From: Andalucia godoyi And28
Taxonomy: Eukaryota > Protista > Jakobida
DNA: 64,000 bases
Direction: 5' to 3'
Assembly (NCBI GenBank): GCA_009859145.1
Contig: VRVR01000062.1
Coordinates: 62,001-126,000 of the forward strand
A program made the translations under genes and the position numbers. Positions 1-10,227 of this stretch are shown here, in pieces. The notes beneath the pieces are model-generated. The model made no database searches, was not told the origin of the DNA, and worked only from the letters and a program-made list of their open reading frames with translations. Each line of letters starts with the position of its first letter. The stretch's first letter is position 1.

Positions 1-1257
1 CAGCACCGCGACACATGCGGACGACAAGATCGTTGACGCTTTGCTGTTGTCGTTCATGAAATCTTCGACAGACATCGCGTGAAACGTCGCATTGTGCACG
101 TTATTGTTTTTTGCATTTTCTCGAGCACAGTCCACCAATACGCGGTCTAGCTCGACAGAATGGCAGACGAGCTGATGTTTTGCAAGCCACAAGCCAACAA
201 TTCCAATGCCTCCGTACAAATCCAAGACACAGCCCCTGTATCCCTGTTGGTCGTACTGCTCAAGAACGGCGTCCACAATGTCGCGATAGATGGTTTCAGC
301 AAGTTCCGGAAGCACCTGAACAAAGGATGATTTTGAGTACGTTATGTGAAGCGTGTCTGAAGCTGACGGAGTCCCAAGCAATACCTCCCACGTCCCTCTT
401 GCGTGCTGCAGAGACGATGGATCGTGATTTGCACGATGAACAGTGACCTCACATCCCGGAAGTTCAGTCGAAACACGTTGCTGCAAGCGACTCCACACGT
501 TCTCCAAGCCTTTCTGGCAGCGGACGGTAATGATGCAAGAGAGATTCTGCTTGGAATGGAGCGCAGAGAACAACAATACATCTCCAATTGTGTTCCTCTG
601 GTGATGGGTCGATTTGGAGGATGGTCGGCATGCCTCGATTGCGCTCCAATCGACCGCCGAAAATGCCTCGCGCAACACGCTGACAACACGACCGAAATCA
701 TCTCGACCCTCAAATATCGGACATTCTGTGACTTGTACGATTTCACGGTGCGCAGTCATCCGATCATTGGAAACTCGCGATGGCGATGGCGGCTGCGATG
801 GCACGTCGCTCTCCGTTGAAACATATCCAATTTGCACTTGCCGCGCATTGGCTGGATCCCTCGAAATCGAGAGACGGACTTTGGTTCTGTATGCAAACGG
901 CGCAGGGGCTGGAACAACATCGAAATCAGGGACGCTCATCCGCGCAATCCTTTCAAAGCTCTCTTCGATCCAGCGCTTTTTCGTCGCGACCTGCGACCCA
1001 TATTGTAAATGCTGCAGCTGGCAGCCTCCACACTTCCCATAGTGCAGGCACTGCGGAACAGTACGATCGGCAGCGGTGGTATGAAGAGCAGTCACCATGC
1101 CGTTCGAAAAGCGCTTCAGCGTCTTGCAAAGTACGTATGACACTTCCTCTTGTGGAACCACATTGCTGAGAAAGACGATTCCGTGTTCCGGACTTCGCAC
1201 CAGACCCCGACCAGAATACACCAGCTTTTCAACAACTCCACGAAAGGTCGCCGCCAT
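1..1257 (-). CDS. rlmD: RlmD/RumA-type RNA (uracil-5-)-methyltransferase with TRAM domain and [4Fe-4S] motif; 3' end runs off the window
   Basis: Not in the ORF track. Hand translation of the minus strand from ATG at 1257 is open to base 1: MAATFRGVVEKLVYSGRGLVRSPEHGIVFLSNVVPQEEV (TRAM), CLHYGKCGGCQLQHLQYGSQVATKKRWIEESFERI (CxxxxxCGGC cluster motif), FAYRTKVRL, TECPIF (4th Cys), SFVQV, VLDLYGGIGIVGLWLA (SAM motif I), SVELDRVLVDCARENAKNNNVHNATF. Confidence 0.88.
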   Translation of the reverse strand, partial: MAATFRGVVEKLVYSGRGLVRSPEHGIVFLSNVVPQEEVSYVLCKTLKRFSNGMVTALHTTAADRTVPQCLHYGKCGGCQLQHLQYGSQVATKKRWIEESFERIARMSVPDFDVVPAPAPFAYRTKVRLSISRDPANARQVQIGYVSTESDVPSQPPSPSRVSNDRMTAHREIVQVTECPIFEGRDDFGRVVSVLREAFSAVDWSAIEACRPSSKSTHHQRNTIGDVLLFSALHSKQNLSCIITVRCQKGLENVWSRLQQRVSTELPGCEVTVHRANHDPSSLQHARGTWEVLLGTPSASDTLHITYSKSSFVQVLPELAETIYRDIVDAVLEQYDQQGYRGCVLDLYGGIGIVGLWLAKHQLVCHSVELDRVLVDCARENAKNNNVHNATFHAMSVEDFMNDNSKASTILSSACVAVL

Positions 1258-1642
1258 AATGATGCTGCTTGGAATCCAACAACCTACACACTTTATACAT
1301 TTCCTCCGTCACCTCTGCAAGGAACGAGGTGAGAATAAAGGACGCTCCAAAACGAGGGAAAAAACAACAAACAGTACAACACAATAAGCCACTGTAGTCC
1401 GTACAGCCTAACCCAAAACTCAAAAAAGGTTCCGAACCGGGAATTGAGACTTGAGACTTAGGGACTCGCCGAAATTCGCTCGTCGGGAAGGCGGCTGCCG
1501 GACTTTCCTCTCTTCCTCCAGTCCGCCCCCAACGCTCCGGAATCCGAGAGAAATGCATACACTCGAGCGCCACTGCTTCTCGGAAGCTTTTTTCACTCGT
1601 TGCGGAAGAGCAAATTCACGAATTGCAAAAGCGGCTCATATT

Positions 1643-2101
1643 ATGCGGTTGCTTGCACACAATTTGCTCGCGTGTGTGCGATGTGGAAACTATCCTCTTC
1701 TTGTGCAGGCCGATGAGATGGAGGAGATTGAAGTCGAGCCGTCTCCGGTCTTTCTCGAACGAATGCGCGACCGCATTGACATGAAGGCTCTTCAAATGGC
1801 ACTGGCGTCTCTTGAAATAGAAGTACCGTCGTTTGACAGCATTTCAGAATGGCCCATCGAGTTGCTCCATCACGTACTGCAAGAAATAGAAGTTGTGGAG
1901 GGGGCATTGAAGTGCGACCAGTGCGAAGTTGTGTATCCGATCAAGAACCGCATTCCGCACATGATTCTTCGAGGCACGGCCGATGGCGAGGGACTTGGTG
2001 TCTCTGCAGAGTCAAAGGAAAAGAAAAACTCACAAAGACAAGAGGACGATGATGACCAAGAGGACGATGACGACGAGAATGAGAATGTTGACATGGATTA
2101 A
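1643..2101 (+). CDS. TRM112: TRM112 methyltransferase activator subunit with acidic C-terminal tail
   Basis: MRLLAHNLLACVRC...LLHHVLQEIEVVEGALKCDQCEVVYPIKNRIPHMIL matches the Trm112 pattern (MKLLTHN..C; EGxLxCxxCxxxYPIxxGIPNML). ATG at 1643 preferred over the upstream non-ATG start in the track. Confidence 0.92.
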   Translation: MRLLAHNLLACVRCGNYPLLVQADEMEEIEVEPSPVFLERMRDRIDMKALQMALASLEIEVPSFDSISEWPIELLHHVLQEIEVVEGALKCDQCEVVYPIKNRIPHMILRGTADGEGLGVSAESKEKKNSQRQEDDDDQEDDDDENENVDMD

Positions 2102-2157
2102 AACCAACATGGTTTATTATGCTAGTAAAATACGCTGAAACAAGGAAATCTCAAATT

Positions 2158-3996
2158 TTATTGGAATTGTGCTTCGTCAAAGTTTGCCCAATCTTGCTCT
2201 TGGACGGGCGCAGGAACTGTGTGGTTCGCCAAACCATCGCCTTCATCGGATGAATCCGAGTCCGAGTCATACTCAAATCCATCCGAACGACTCTTATCCG
2301 ATACGGGCCTCACAGAAGCCACAGCAGGCACATTTCCTGTCCGGAAAACATTCTGGTTGCGGTTACCAACCGGCGGGCTTCGCAGCGCGAGTTCCCCATC
2401 ATCCATCTGGTACGATCTAACTTCCTCCTCGTCATCATCTTGGTCGTCATCATCGATGTCCATCTGACTAACTCCAAGACCGTGCACATACGACATCACA
2501 TTACCCGTATCGCTGAGTTTTCCGCTCAAGACTGACGAGTTTAGGCTACCACCACTCGCAGAACCAGAAATCGACGACGCTAGACCCGTGTTCCCGACAT
2601 TGCCGAATGCCGGCTTCGGCCCGCCAATCGTCCGTTCTTGAAGAGCATTCTGCTCATTAAGCTTCGTATCGACGAAAACCTTGAATGCCGGAACCCGTTC
2701 AAACAACGTGGGCGTCCATTGCGAATGTGCAATTTCGTTCAGCATGATCGTCATATGGCCCGTGTTACCTTGACCACTATTTGGCTGGTACGATGCCATA
2801 AGTTGCTCCACAAAACCGGCTCTCACAAGGATGTCTTCCTTAATATCGTCGTCAGCAGAGATCAAGACTTCGTGAAGCAATTTTGTTGCAAGATTGTGAA
2901 GCAACGAAGCCTTTTCAAATTGGAAGAACAGTTTGACAAGCACAGCGCGGATGCACTGAGACCAGGACATCACTGCCTGTGGACTCCTGATAATGATAAG
3001 AGTGATGAATTCGATCGTTTTCAGACGGAACCGACCAACATTCTTTTCGTTTTCTTCGTTCAGAACGCCAAAGAACTCCCCAGATTTTGCATGGATCTTT
3101 TGCAGCTGTTCCTGGGACGAGCAAGCAGACAATGCGGTCAGGATATGAAGATAGAGATCTGTGCCTTTCCGAGCAAATGCCAGCTCCAACAATCGATCCA
3201 CATCAAATTGATTGATTAGATCGGTTGCAGCTGCAAAATTTTGCACAACAGCGGACAAAACGTGAGCTGCACAAAAATGAGAATCGTCGTCGGTCTCCGC
3301 CCGGAGTCCAAACGAATCGATCAGTTTGCGAACAACTCCAAACTCCGTCCACCACCGCATATGTTCATTCGCAGCGACTGACGGATCCGCTCCTTCTTGT
3401 TGATCTTGGCTGTCGCCCTGCATGGAGTAGGAAACCTGGAGAAGGCGAACGAGTAAATCGGCAAATCCAGATGCTCCGATGTGAGCAATCAGTCTGTCTA
3501 CGACGTGTCCGTTGTCCGCTTGCACTTGAGCAAGAACGTCTTGCGGCGCACGAGTCAGGAACACCGCAAGAACACGGGCAAAATTGTCTGCGATATGAGG
3601 GGCAAGCGGAGTGTCCGAGGAGGATTCCAAGATTTTGAACGACCGCGGCAGCATCGGGAGCGTCTTTGCCAGCACAGCTTCAACCTCGCAGCAGAGAATC
3701 TCCGCAGCAAGGTGCGGGTATTTTCTGTTTACCTTTTCTCTACGCTCATCATCATTTGCATTTGCATCAGTACCAGCAGCATCGGCACTGTCGATCGCGG
3801 GATCAATGGCAAGCATCAGATCAAGGAGCTTTGCAATGTTCTCATCCAGAGTCAAAAAGTTGAGAAGCTTTAGATTCTGCGTTTTGACCTCCTGAATCAG
3901 CTCCTCTTCATCAAGAAGCTGCTCAAGAGTCACGCGAGGATTCTGCAGAAGAGTGTCAATTCGACTCGTGTGTGCAAGAAACGATCTCCAAAACAT
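2158..3996 (-). CDS. SIT4/PP6 phosphatase-associated protein (SAPS domain, PPP6R family)
   Basis: MFWR..SRIDTLLQNPRVTLEQLLDEEELIQEVKTQNLKLLNFL, KYPHLAAEILCCEV, HIGASGFADLL, VGRFRLKTIEFI, FFQFEKASLLHN, GNTGHMTIMLNEI and an acidic tail ending DWANF are typical of SAPS proteins. Confidence 0.9.
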   Translation of the reverse strand: MFWRSFLAHTSRIDTLLQNPRVTLEQLLDEEELIQEVKTQNLKLLNFLTLDENIAKLLDLMLAIDPAIDSADAAGTDANANDDERREKVNRKYPHLAAEILCCEVEAVLAKTLPMLPRSFKILESSSDTPLAPHIADNFARVLAVFLTRAPQDVLAQVQADNGHVVDRLIAHIGASGFADLLVRLLQVSYSMQGDSQDQQEGADPSVAANEHMRWWTEFGVVRKLIDSFGLRAETDDDSHFCAAHVLSAVVQNFAAATDLINQFDVDRLLELAFARKGTDLYLHILTALSACSSQEQLQKIHAKSGEFFGVLNEENEKNVGRFRLKTIEFITLIIIRSPQAVMSWSQCIRAVLVKLFFQFEKASLLHNLATKLLHEVLISADDDIKEDILVRAGFVEQLMASYQPNSGQGNTGHMTIMLNEIAHSQWTPTLFERVPAFKVFVDTKLNEQNALQERTIGGPKPAFGNVGNTGLASSISGSASGGSLNSSVLSGKLSDTGNVMSYVHGLGVSQMDIDDDDQDDDEEEVRSYQMDDGELALRSPPVGNRNQNVFRTGNVPAVASVRPVSDKSRSDGFEYDSDSDSSDEGDGLANHTVPAPVQEQDWANFDEAQFQ

Positions 3997-4485
3997 TCTT
4001 ACTAGATCAAAGAAATTTGGATGACGACAACGACGAAAAACAGCAACGAAAACAGCAACAACAGCTTGTTGCTAATGAGAAATATGAAAACGGTCTAGAA
4101 CTCTCGCTCTTTTCGCAGTCTGTACCAACACACCCGATCACCACTCTCCCCGAACAGGAAAAAAAAACCGTCTATCAGGATGAAAAAGTAGAAAAAAGTG
4201 GAAGAAGGTGAGCCAAGGACAGAAAAGCGAAAAAAAAAAAAAAAGGCGAAATGAACAGGATGTCCAAGAGAAAGCTGCCTAATGAAAGAGATGGGTTGGG
4301 GGGGAAACCAGAAAACCCAGCATTGCAGAGCGTGGTGTGTGTGAATCACGGACACATTCGGAGATGATGGGGGTGGGGCGGAGGGTGAGGGCAGCAGACC
4401 CATGAGCCTAATGACTTTTTGTTGCTTTTGTTTTCGCAATGACTGAAGCTGACACGCCCTGATTTTTTTTTTTCCTCCGTCGCAT

Positions 4486-4497
4486 GCATCACGTGAT
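4486..4497. promoter_or_regulatory. Candidate E-box-type element GCATCACGTGAT in the SAPS/RPB11 divergent intergenic region
   Basis: The same 12-mer recurs at 7854. It contains TCACGTGA and lies about 190 nt upstream of the RPB11 ATG. Function is inferred. Confidence 0.35.
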
Positions 4498-4687
4498 ACT
4501 GCGTGTTTTCCGCCTGTTGGAGGGTTTATATTTTTGTCGTTCCTTTACGAATTTCTCTTATTTTTTGTTTTCACTTATTATTTATTGGGCACGAGGCTTC
4601 AGGCGGGTGTTGTTGTTGTTGTAGTAGTAGAAGTAGCAGCTGTTATTTTCCTTTCTCTCCTGCTTTCTCCCCTCGGTCCTTGCAAAA

Positions 4688-5068
4688 ATGACGAACCGCC
4701 CTGATCCCGCGATTATGCTGCTTGATCTCCCGGACGAGATCAAGCTAGAATACAGAGAAGAAAAGGGTATCCGCAATGCAGCTGCGATCAAGATTATCAA
4801 GGAGGACCACACATTTGCGCACTTGATTCGGTGCGCGCTTTTGCAGGATATGGACGTCATTTTTGCTGGATATCGTGTTCCACATCCCTTGGAATACGTC
4901 ATTGAAATCAATGTCAGAACAACAGACAGGACAAACCCTCGAGATGCGTTTCTGAAGGCGCTCGATAAGGTTCAGAGGGATGTGACGAATTTGGCGCAGA
5001 ACTTTGACGAAGAAGTCACGAGACGAAGCAGCTCATTTTCGTTGCTCGGAACAAGACAGTTCATGTGA
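4688..5068 (+). CDS. RPB11: RNA polymerase II subunit RPB11 (POLR2J)
   Basis: NAAAIKIIKEDHTFAHLIRCALLQDMDVIFAGYRVPHPLE..IEINVRTT...PRDAF matches the RPB11 signature (KEDHTLGN...FAGYKVPHPLE). Confidence 0.92.
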   Translation: MTNRPDPAIMLLDLPDEIKLEYREEKGIRNAAAIKIIKEDHTFAHLIRCALLQDMDVIFAGYRVPHPLEYVIEINVRTTDRTNPRDAFLKALDKVQRDVTNLAQNFDEEVTRRSSSFSLLGTRQFM

Positions 5069-5311
5069 CGAGTCCCTGATTGTAGATTCCCTGTCAATAT
5101 TCACACACCACAGAGAAGCGTATGTATCATATTAAAGAAAAAAATAAAATAAAAAATGAAAAAAAATATAATAAAATGAGAGGGTTTTCGAGGATTCGAA
5201 GAAGAAGAAATTATGTGGTGTGTGTATTAGATACGTGTGTATGCTGTGAAGCGAGGAGCAGGAGGAAGAAAAAGAAGAAGAAGCAACTGAACTAGGACAG
5301 CTATGCATGAC

Positions 5312-7645
5312 TCACAGTCGAAACACTTCAAACAAGGCAACGGCAGACTCGTGATCGCCCGTCGCAATGCATATGTATGCCTCATTCAACAGTGCGGCAG
5401 GAAACCCCGGAACAAACTCAAGGGCGCGGGAGTTTGCTTCCCTCGCCTTGTCGAACATCCCTTGGAGCATCAGACAGGAAGAGAGATTCACGTACAGAGC
5501 AGCACGAGCGCGAAAGAACGCATCCGCCTTGGACTGCTGAAGTGTCTGGACAGGCGCTCCTTGCACCTGGGCTTTCGAAAGGGCCACCGTGGACATCAAC
5601 AGCGGTTCCAGCGAACGAGGGGAAAGGAACCTCAGAGCTTCTTCTGGTCTATCCAAACGGCATAAGCACTCCGCAGCGTACAAAGAAACAAACACACGCC
5701 CTTCCAATGTGCCGTCAGGAAGCTCCAAACAAAGCGAAGCGTATCGCAGAGCTGCATAGAAGTCGTTGAGCAACATGGAGCAGTATGTGAGTTCAAGAAG
5801 AACGTGGAACCGTAAAAGCCCTCGTGGCTTCAGCGCGAGCGCAGTGTGCAAATACACTCGAGCCTGCAAAATCGACATCCCCAAATCGGACCCTTCTTGA
5901 AAGCTGACCCCCGAAACATTCTGATACGTGTACAGCTGCAAAGCCACAAAGCCGACATCGGTGCCATTACCAGACGCCGTAGCCGAAAATTGCTTTGACG
6001 TCGGTGACGACGGACACAAATGCACAACAACCGGTTCGTAAAGGCCCTTTCGAACCATGAATTGCACCACTTGATGTCGCAGACAGCAAAGTTCAGACAT
6101 GCGGAGAAAAAGGGACGGGGAATGATCAAATTCATTCGCCGCCGATTTGAAACATCGAAATGCGGTCTCAATCATCTCCAACCGTTGTGAAAACGCGCTG
6201 AACAGCGGGGACGAAGAAATGCTAGAAGCATTACTTGCGGTCGAATTCGCGGCGGATGCTGCCGCAACGGACGCATTCGAATTCGACGACGAGGCCGATG
6301 ACGACAAGGTTGCCGCAAGAGTAGAAGGAGATGGGGAGGCTTGTGAAGCGTTCGCAGCACGAACAAGCTTGTTGGTGGACGAAGTGTATGCAGAAGAGAT
6401 CTCGGACAACGACGTTGCACGAAGTTGCATCAGATACGAGATTCCCAAGTTGTACAGAATCTCGCAGCTTCTGTCAGCAAGCATGCCTGTTCTCAAAATG
6501 GGTTTCACAGCATACGATACCGTACCGGCCATCTGCAGATGCATCAGTGCAAGGCTGGGTTTTCCCATCGAAGCATAAACCAATGCAATGTTGTTGAGCA
6601 CGCTGGGCAGCAAACCGATCATTTCATCGTCTGAAGAACTGGCAGATGGAACAGCAGCGGCGGCGGACGAGGAGGAAGAGGAAGAGGAAGAGGAAGAAGA
6701 GACGGAGGGATATCCGATATTCCCGAACAGCTTTTGCACTGCCGTGTAGCGAGACGGAACAGAGATGGAGCCTGCATTTCCAGGAGGTGAGATATTCGTG
6801 CTGCCAACACTCAATCCAGGTTTCCGGAGTCCTTGCAAGACAACCTGGCATTGTTGAAGGATTGACAAGCAGTTTCCCAGATTCCCCGTTTCCCAGAATA
6901 AGCGCGCTCGGACAAGAGCCCAAAGCACCCACTCGACAGAGAACTGTGGGGCCTGGTTCGGATCCAGTTTCTCTTCCCCTGACTTCTCGGCCAGCGCCGG
7001 TGCGTTAGCGTCAGAAAAGGCGAGTGCTCGCATAGAATCGGCAGCCAAAGTCATTGACATCATTTCCATCAATTTCATAACTGCTTGAGGAGTGAGAGAC
7101 GAGCCGACGAAAGCGTTCGACACTGAGCCCGTAACGCCGTTTGCGACGGTGTTTGCCAGCGTCCCGATAGACGCAATAGCAGAACGTGAGAGCGCAATCA
7201 GCTTTGGTAAAGCACCAATGTCCCGGATTTGAACAGCAAGGTACAGACACAACATCACCGTGGGCAGATGAAGATCTTCTTTCGGGAGTTCCAACAAAGG
7301 TGCGCACAACACAAGTGCTTCCCTATACCTGTGTCTCTGTGTCAGATACAGTGCGTGCATATACATACCAGAATAGGAAAGCGCCTGTCGATGAATGGCC
7401 CCACCAAGGTGATTCGACAAGTCCGAGGTCGCTTCTTGGAAACCAGCCTGCTGTTTTCTTGCTCGCAGCAGCAACATTCTCGCAGTCCGTGCATTCAACT
7501 CCGATGCAAACGATTTCCCACACTTGTCGCGAACTCTATCGAGTTGCAAAAGACACTCGTCGTAATCGCCTCTCTCAAATGTGTCGCGCGCACGCTTGAT
7601 GAAAAGCTCCAGTTTTTCCCTTGTCACGCTCCCGCTGTTCGCCAT
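5312..7645 (-). CDS. CNOT10: CCR4-NOT complex subunit 10 (TPR-like), with Ser-rich insertions
   Basis: LNNIALVYASMGKPSLAL, LADRSCEILYNLGISYL, AFRCF..A..F..SPSLFLRMSELC, LYAAECLCRLDRPEEAL, LYVNLSSCLMLQG..DKA and LLNEAYICIATG follow the CNOT10 motif order. First in-frame ATG is at 7645. Confidence 0.85.
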   Translation of the reverse strand: MANSGSVTREKLELFIKRARDTFERGDYDECLLQLDRVRDKCGKSFASELNARTARMLLLRARKQQAGFQEATSDLSNHLGGAIHRQALSYSGMYMHALYLTQRHRYREALVLCAPLLELPKEDLHLPTVMLCLYLAVQIRDIGALPKLIALSRSAIASIGTLANTVANGVTGSVSNAFVGSSLTPQAVMKLMEMMSMTLAADSMRALAFSDANAPALAEKSGEEKLDPNQAPQFSVEWVLWALVRARLFWETGNLGNCLSILQQCQVVLQGLRKPGLSVGSTNISPPGNAGSISVPSRYTAVQKLFGNIGYPSVSSSSSSSSSSSSAAAAVPSASSSDDEMIGLLPSVLNNIALVYASMGKPSLALMHLQMAGTVSYAVKPILRTGMLADRSCEILYNLGISYLMQLRATSLSEISSAYTSSTNKLVRAANASQASPSPSTLAATLSSSASSSNSNASVAAASAANSTASNASSISSSPLFSAFSQRLEMIETAFRCFKSAANEFDHSPSLFLRMSELCCLRHQVVQFMVRKGLYEPVVVHLCPSSPTSKQFSATASGNGTDVGFVALQLYTYQNVSGVSFQEGSDLGMSILQARVYLHTALALKPRGLLRFHVLLELTYCSMLLNDFYAALRYASLCLELPDGTLEGRVFVSLYAAECLCRLDRPEEALRFLSPRSLEPLLMSTVALSKAQVQGAPVQTLQQSKADAFFRARAALYVNLSSCLMLQGMFDKAREANSRALEFVPGFPAALLNEAYICIATGDHESAVALFEVFRL

Positions 7646-7853
7646 GTTAACTTCTCTTCCACCAAACAACAACTACCAAACAAGAAGAATAGGAAAAACA
7701 AGCCTCTTTGGAGTCCCCGTCGACAATCGACACCAGCCGAGAACAGTGAAGGCTGTCAAACAACGAGGACGGAAAGGACAGCGAGGTCGTCGGTAGGCGG
7801 CGTCGTGAGGCTGAGGCCTTGCGAAGAAAGGGCGATCCCTAACACTTGCGCCA

Positions 7854-7867
7854 GCATCACGTGATGC
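7854..7867. promoter_or_regulatory. Perfect 14-bp palindrome GCATCACGTGATGC (candidate E-box-type element) upstream of CNOT10
   Basis: Palindrome read directly; about 210 nt upstream of the CNOT10 ATG; shares 12 nt with the 4486 site. Confidence 0.35.
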
Positions 7868-8173
7868 AACTGTAAATAATAATAAAAAATATAGAGTCTG
7901 CTGCAGATACGCCTACATTGTATACTAACCACGGAGAATCATCGCTGATCACCCATAATCAATGTTGCAACCCAGCAACATGCATAATGCAACGCGGCGG
8001 CGTGTTTATATAGGGATTTCATGATCAAAATGGGGCGAAACGAATCGGGCATCGTGTGACGGAGTTGCTTAAGATAACAGACGCATGCGCACGGGCGCGT
8101 GGCAGTGTTTTTGTTTACGTGCGCTTTAGATTGCTTCATCATATCGCAATAAGTCGAAACGGTAGAAGAAACA

Positions 8174-8286
8174 GCCGACCGCTCGTCAAAACATGAATCA
8201 TTATTGATCATCGGTTACGCTGTCACCGGAGACAGATCCAAGCCCAAATGTTTTTATTTTAATTTGGGGCCTTCTTGTTCTCTGAC
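8174..8286. repeat. Dispersed ~100-bp element, copy 1
   Basis: GCCGACCGCTCG...GAATCATTATTGATCAT...TACGCTGTC.CCGGAGACAGATCCAAGCCCA...TAATTTGGGGC is closely similar to 12702-12806. It is followed by CCTTCTTGTTCTCTGAC, which recurs at 12984-13000. Confidence 0.9.
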
Positions 8287-8737
8287 CTGAAAGCGCATTC
8301 CGAACGCAAATCGACGACACCTTCATGATTGGATAATCATCAGCTTGCTCAGAAAGTAGCGACGAGAGGGGAATCAACGGGCTTCTTGGTTCTAGGCTGA
8401 GTTTGTTGGGAAGATCCCCCTTTGGAGCCATGAAATGTTTTATCTCGGATGCGATGCTACTCGAGGGATCGGTTATGAAAAACCGAGCAAACAAACGGAA
8501 CATAAAGTGAAGACCGAAGAAATTCTGGACTTGACTACGGTAGAAAAATCGTATTGTTTTCATGTTCAATGTTGATACACAAAGCAGTCAACCGTCAAAA
8601 CCACGAATTCTGGTTTTTTGGTTTCTTTGTTTCTTCATTTTTTCCTTCTTCGCTGGTTTTTCCATCCTGATTGGACGCGGACTTCATTGCGTGATTTGGG
8701 CATTTGGGATATAGAAACAAGGGGAGTAGTTCTGTCG

Positions 8738-10084
8738 ATGGTTTACACATACATTCCGCGGTCGATGCCGGATGGGTCGAATGCATGGAACCATGCACAG
8801 TTTGTCCCCGAGAATCGCCGTGAGATGCTGCGACCTTCGAAATATGCGATCCACGAACACTTGAACGAGGCAGACAACCTGCGCAAGTCGTCTCTTGTTG
8901 GAATCCAGTCGTTTGAAAAGGCAATTCTTGGCCATGCGATGTCCAAGAACCAGACAAGCTTGGCGTCTTCCGTTCGATCGCGGTCTGCTGGAAAGTTGTT
9001 CACGAGGGCCAAATCGAGGACTCCCGGATCGCCAGCACTGTCATTAACTCGTTCGGCGATCCGTAGTGTGTTTCCCGGCCAGCTTGCGTCCGGAAACAAT
9101 CCAGAGTTTCAAGATACTCAAGACCAAATGCTCGCGAACCCACAGGGCGAAATGCTGCAGAATATCAAGAGGTCACGTATGGTTCAACGAATGGAGTCGG
9201 GAGTGGATGATTCCGGATTGGGCCTTGCACACGAGTTTGGGGAGCAAGAGCATGCTGTGGAGCGTGAATCGCGGCCGGAAAATTTCGAAAACGGCAACAA
9301 TGGATCGCATTACTCTCCGCGACAGCTGTCGAGGCAGCTGCTGTTGTCGGAATCGCAGAGACTGAAGAGTGCGCCGTCTCGTGTGCTAGCGAGCGTAACC
9401 AGTCCGTACAGGAAAGTTCTCGTCCAGGGCTCTGTGGATTTCTATTCAAGACCCGACTTGGACATGGTGGCTGCTGACCGGGTTGCGATGCGCATTGCGG
9501 AAGAGGAAGCAGAGGAAGGCATGAAAATGCAGTACATCCAAGAGAAGAGGTACGAGGACATGCAGAGACTGGAGTCCAGGAAGGCCTGGAGGATAAAGAT
9601 GCAGCGGAAAGCATGGGGTCTTTCTGCTGTTGGTTCTGGTTCTGGTTCTGGTTCCGGACTGTGTCCTTCGGACTCGGCCGCTGACGAAGACCAGGATGGC
9701 CCCGCGACCCGAGAGGAAATCGACGAATTCATTGGCACGCAAGAAGCGCGAGCAGAGGAAAGCGCCTTCGGTCCCGAAGCATACCGAAGGTTCTCACAGC
9801 AAGTTCTGCGGGAAGGTGAACTGCTTCGAATGAACGAGCGGAGAGAGCGCCGGGAACAACTTGAGATGTATTGCGGGACTATGTATGTGAGGAACAAATT
9901 CCGGGAAGAACAGGACATGCTGCATACGCAAGCCATGAAAACAGAGCTGGCAGTCCGAGCAGTGGTTCCAGAAGATGCGGATGCGCTTCGAGAACTTGAA
10001 AAAATGGACAGCAGCATCTATTCCAAGATCAAGCAAGAGAGGAAGCACAGAGAAGCGCACCCCGCACCTCGCAAATTCAAATAG
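8738..10084 (+). CDS. Hypothetical protein with charged helical/coiled-coil C-terminal half
   Basis: Long ORF with coding-like composition, convergent with the next gene. ATG at 8738 chosen over the upstream non-ATG start. No family recognised. Confidence 0.7.
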   Translation: MVYTYIPRSMPDGSNAWNHAQFVPENRREMLRPSKYAIHEHLNEADNLRKSSLVGIQSFEKAILGHAMSKNQTSLASSVRSRSAGKLFTRAKSRTPGSPALSLTRSAIRSVFPGQLASGNNPEFQDTQDQMLANPQGEMLQNIKRSRMVQRMESGVDDSGLGLAHEFGEQEHAVERESRPENFENGNNGSHYSPRQLSRQLLLSESQRLKSAPSRVLASVTSPYRKVLVQGSVDFYSRPDLDMVAADRVAMRIAEEEAEEGMKMQYIQEKRYEDMQRLESRKAWRIKMQRKAWGLSAVGSGSGSGSGLCPSDSAADEDQDGPATREEIDEFIGTQEARAEESAFGPEAYRRFSQQVLREGELLRMNERRERREQLEMYCGTMYVRNKFREEQDMLHTQAMKTELAVRAVVPEDADALRELEKMDSSIYSKIKQERKHREAHPAPRKFK

Positions 10085-10227
10085 TAAATAGTAGTTCACT
10101 AATCGGCAAAAGACTCGCATGCTCGAGATTTGAATGAAAGACGTTTGCACAAGTATTTCTTTTGTTTTCCCTTCTTTTTTCTCCTTCATTCCTTTTCTGC
10201 TCACTTGTTTTAATACTGTATGTTCGC

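Noticed and set aside
111-1387. Several short plus-strand ORFs at the window start
   Set aside because: Shadows of the minus-strand RlmD-like gene.
8174-8270. Dispersed element as U4 snRNA, TPP riboswitch or twister ribozyme
   Set aside because: Only short look-alikes are present (CGTAGCCGATGA, GATCTG..CAGCGTAG, CCAAGCCC). The U6-pairing arms and Sm site, the CUGAGA/P2-P3 core and the twister pseudoknot partners are not evident. Kept only as an unidentified repeat.
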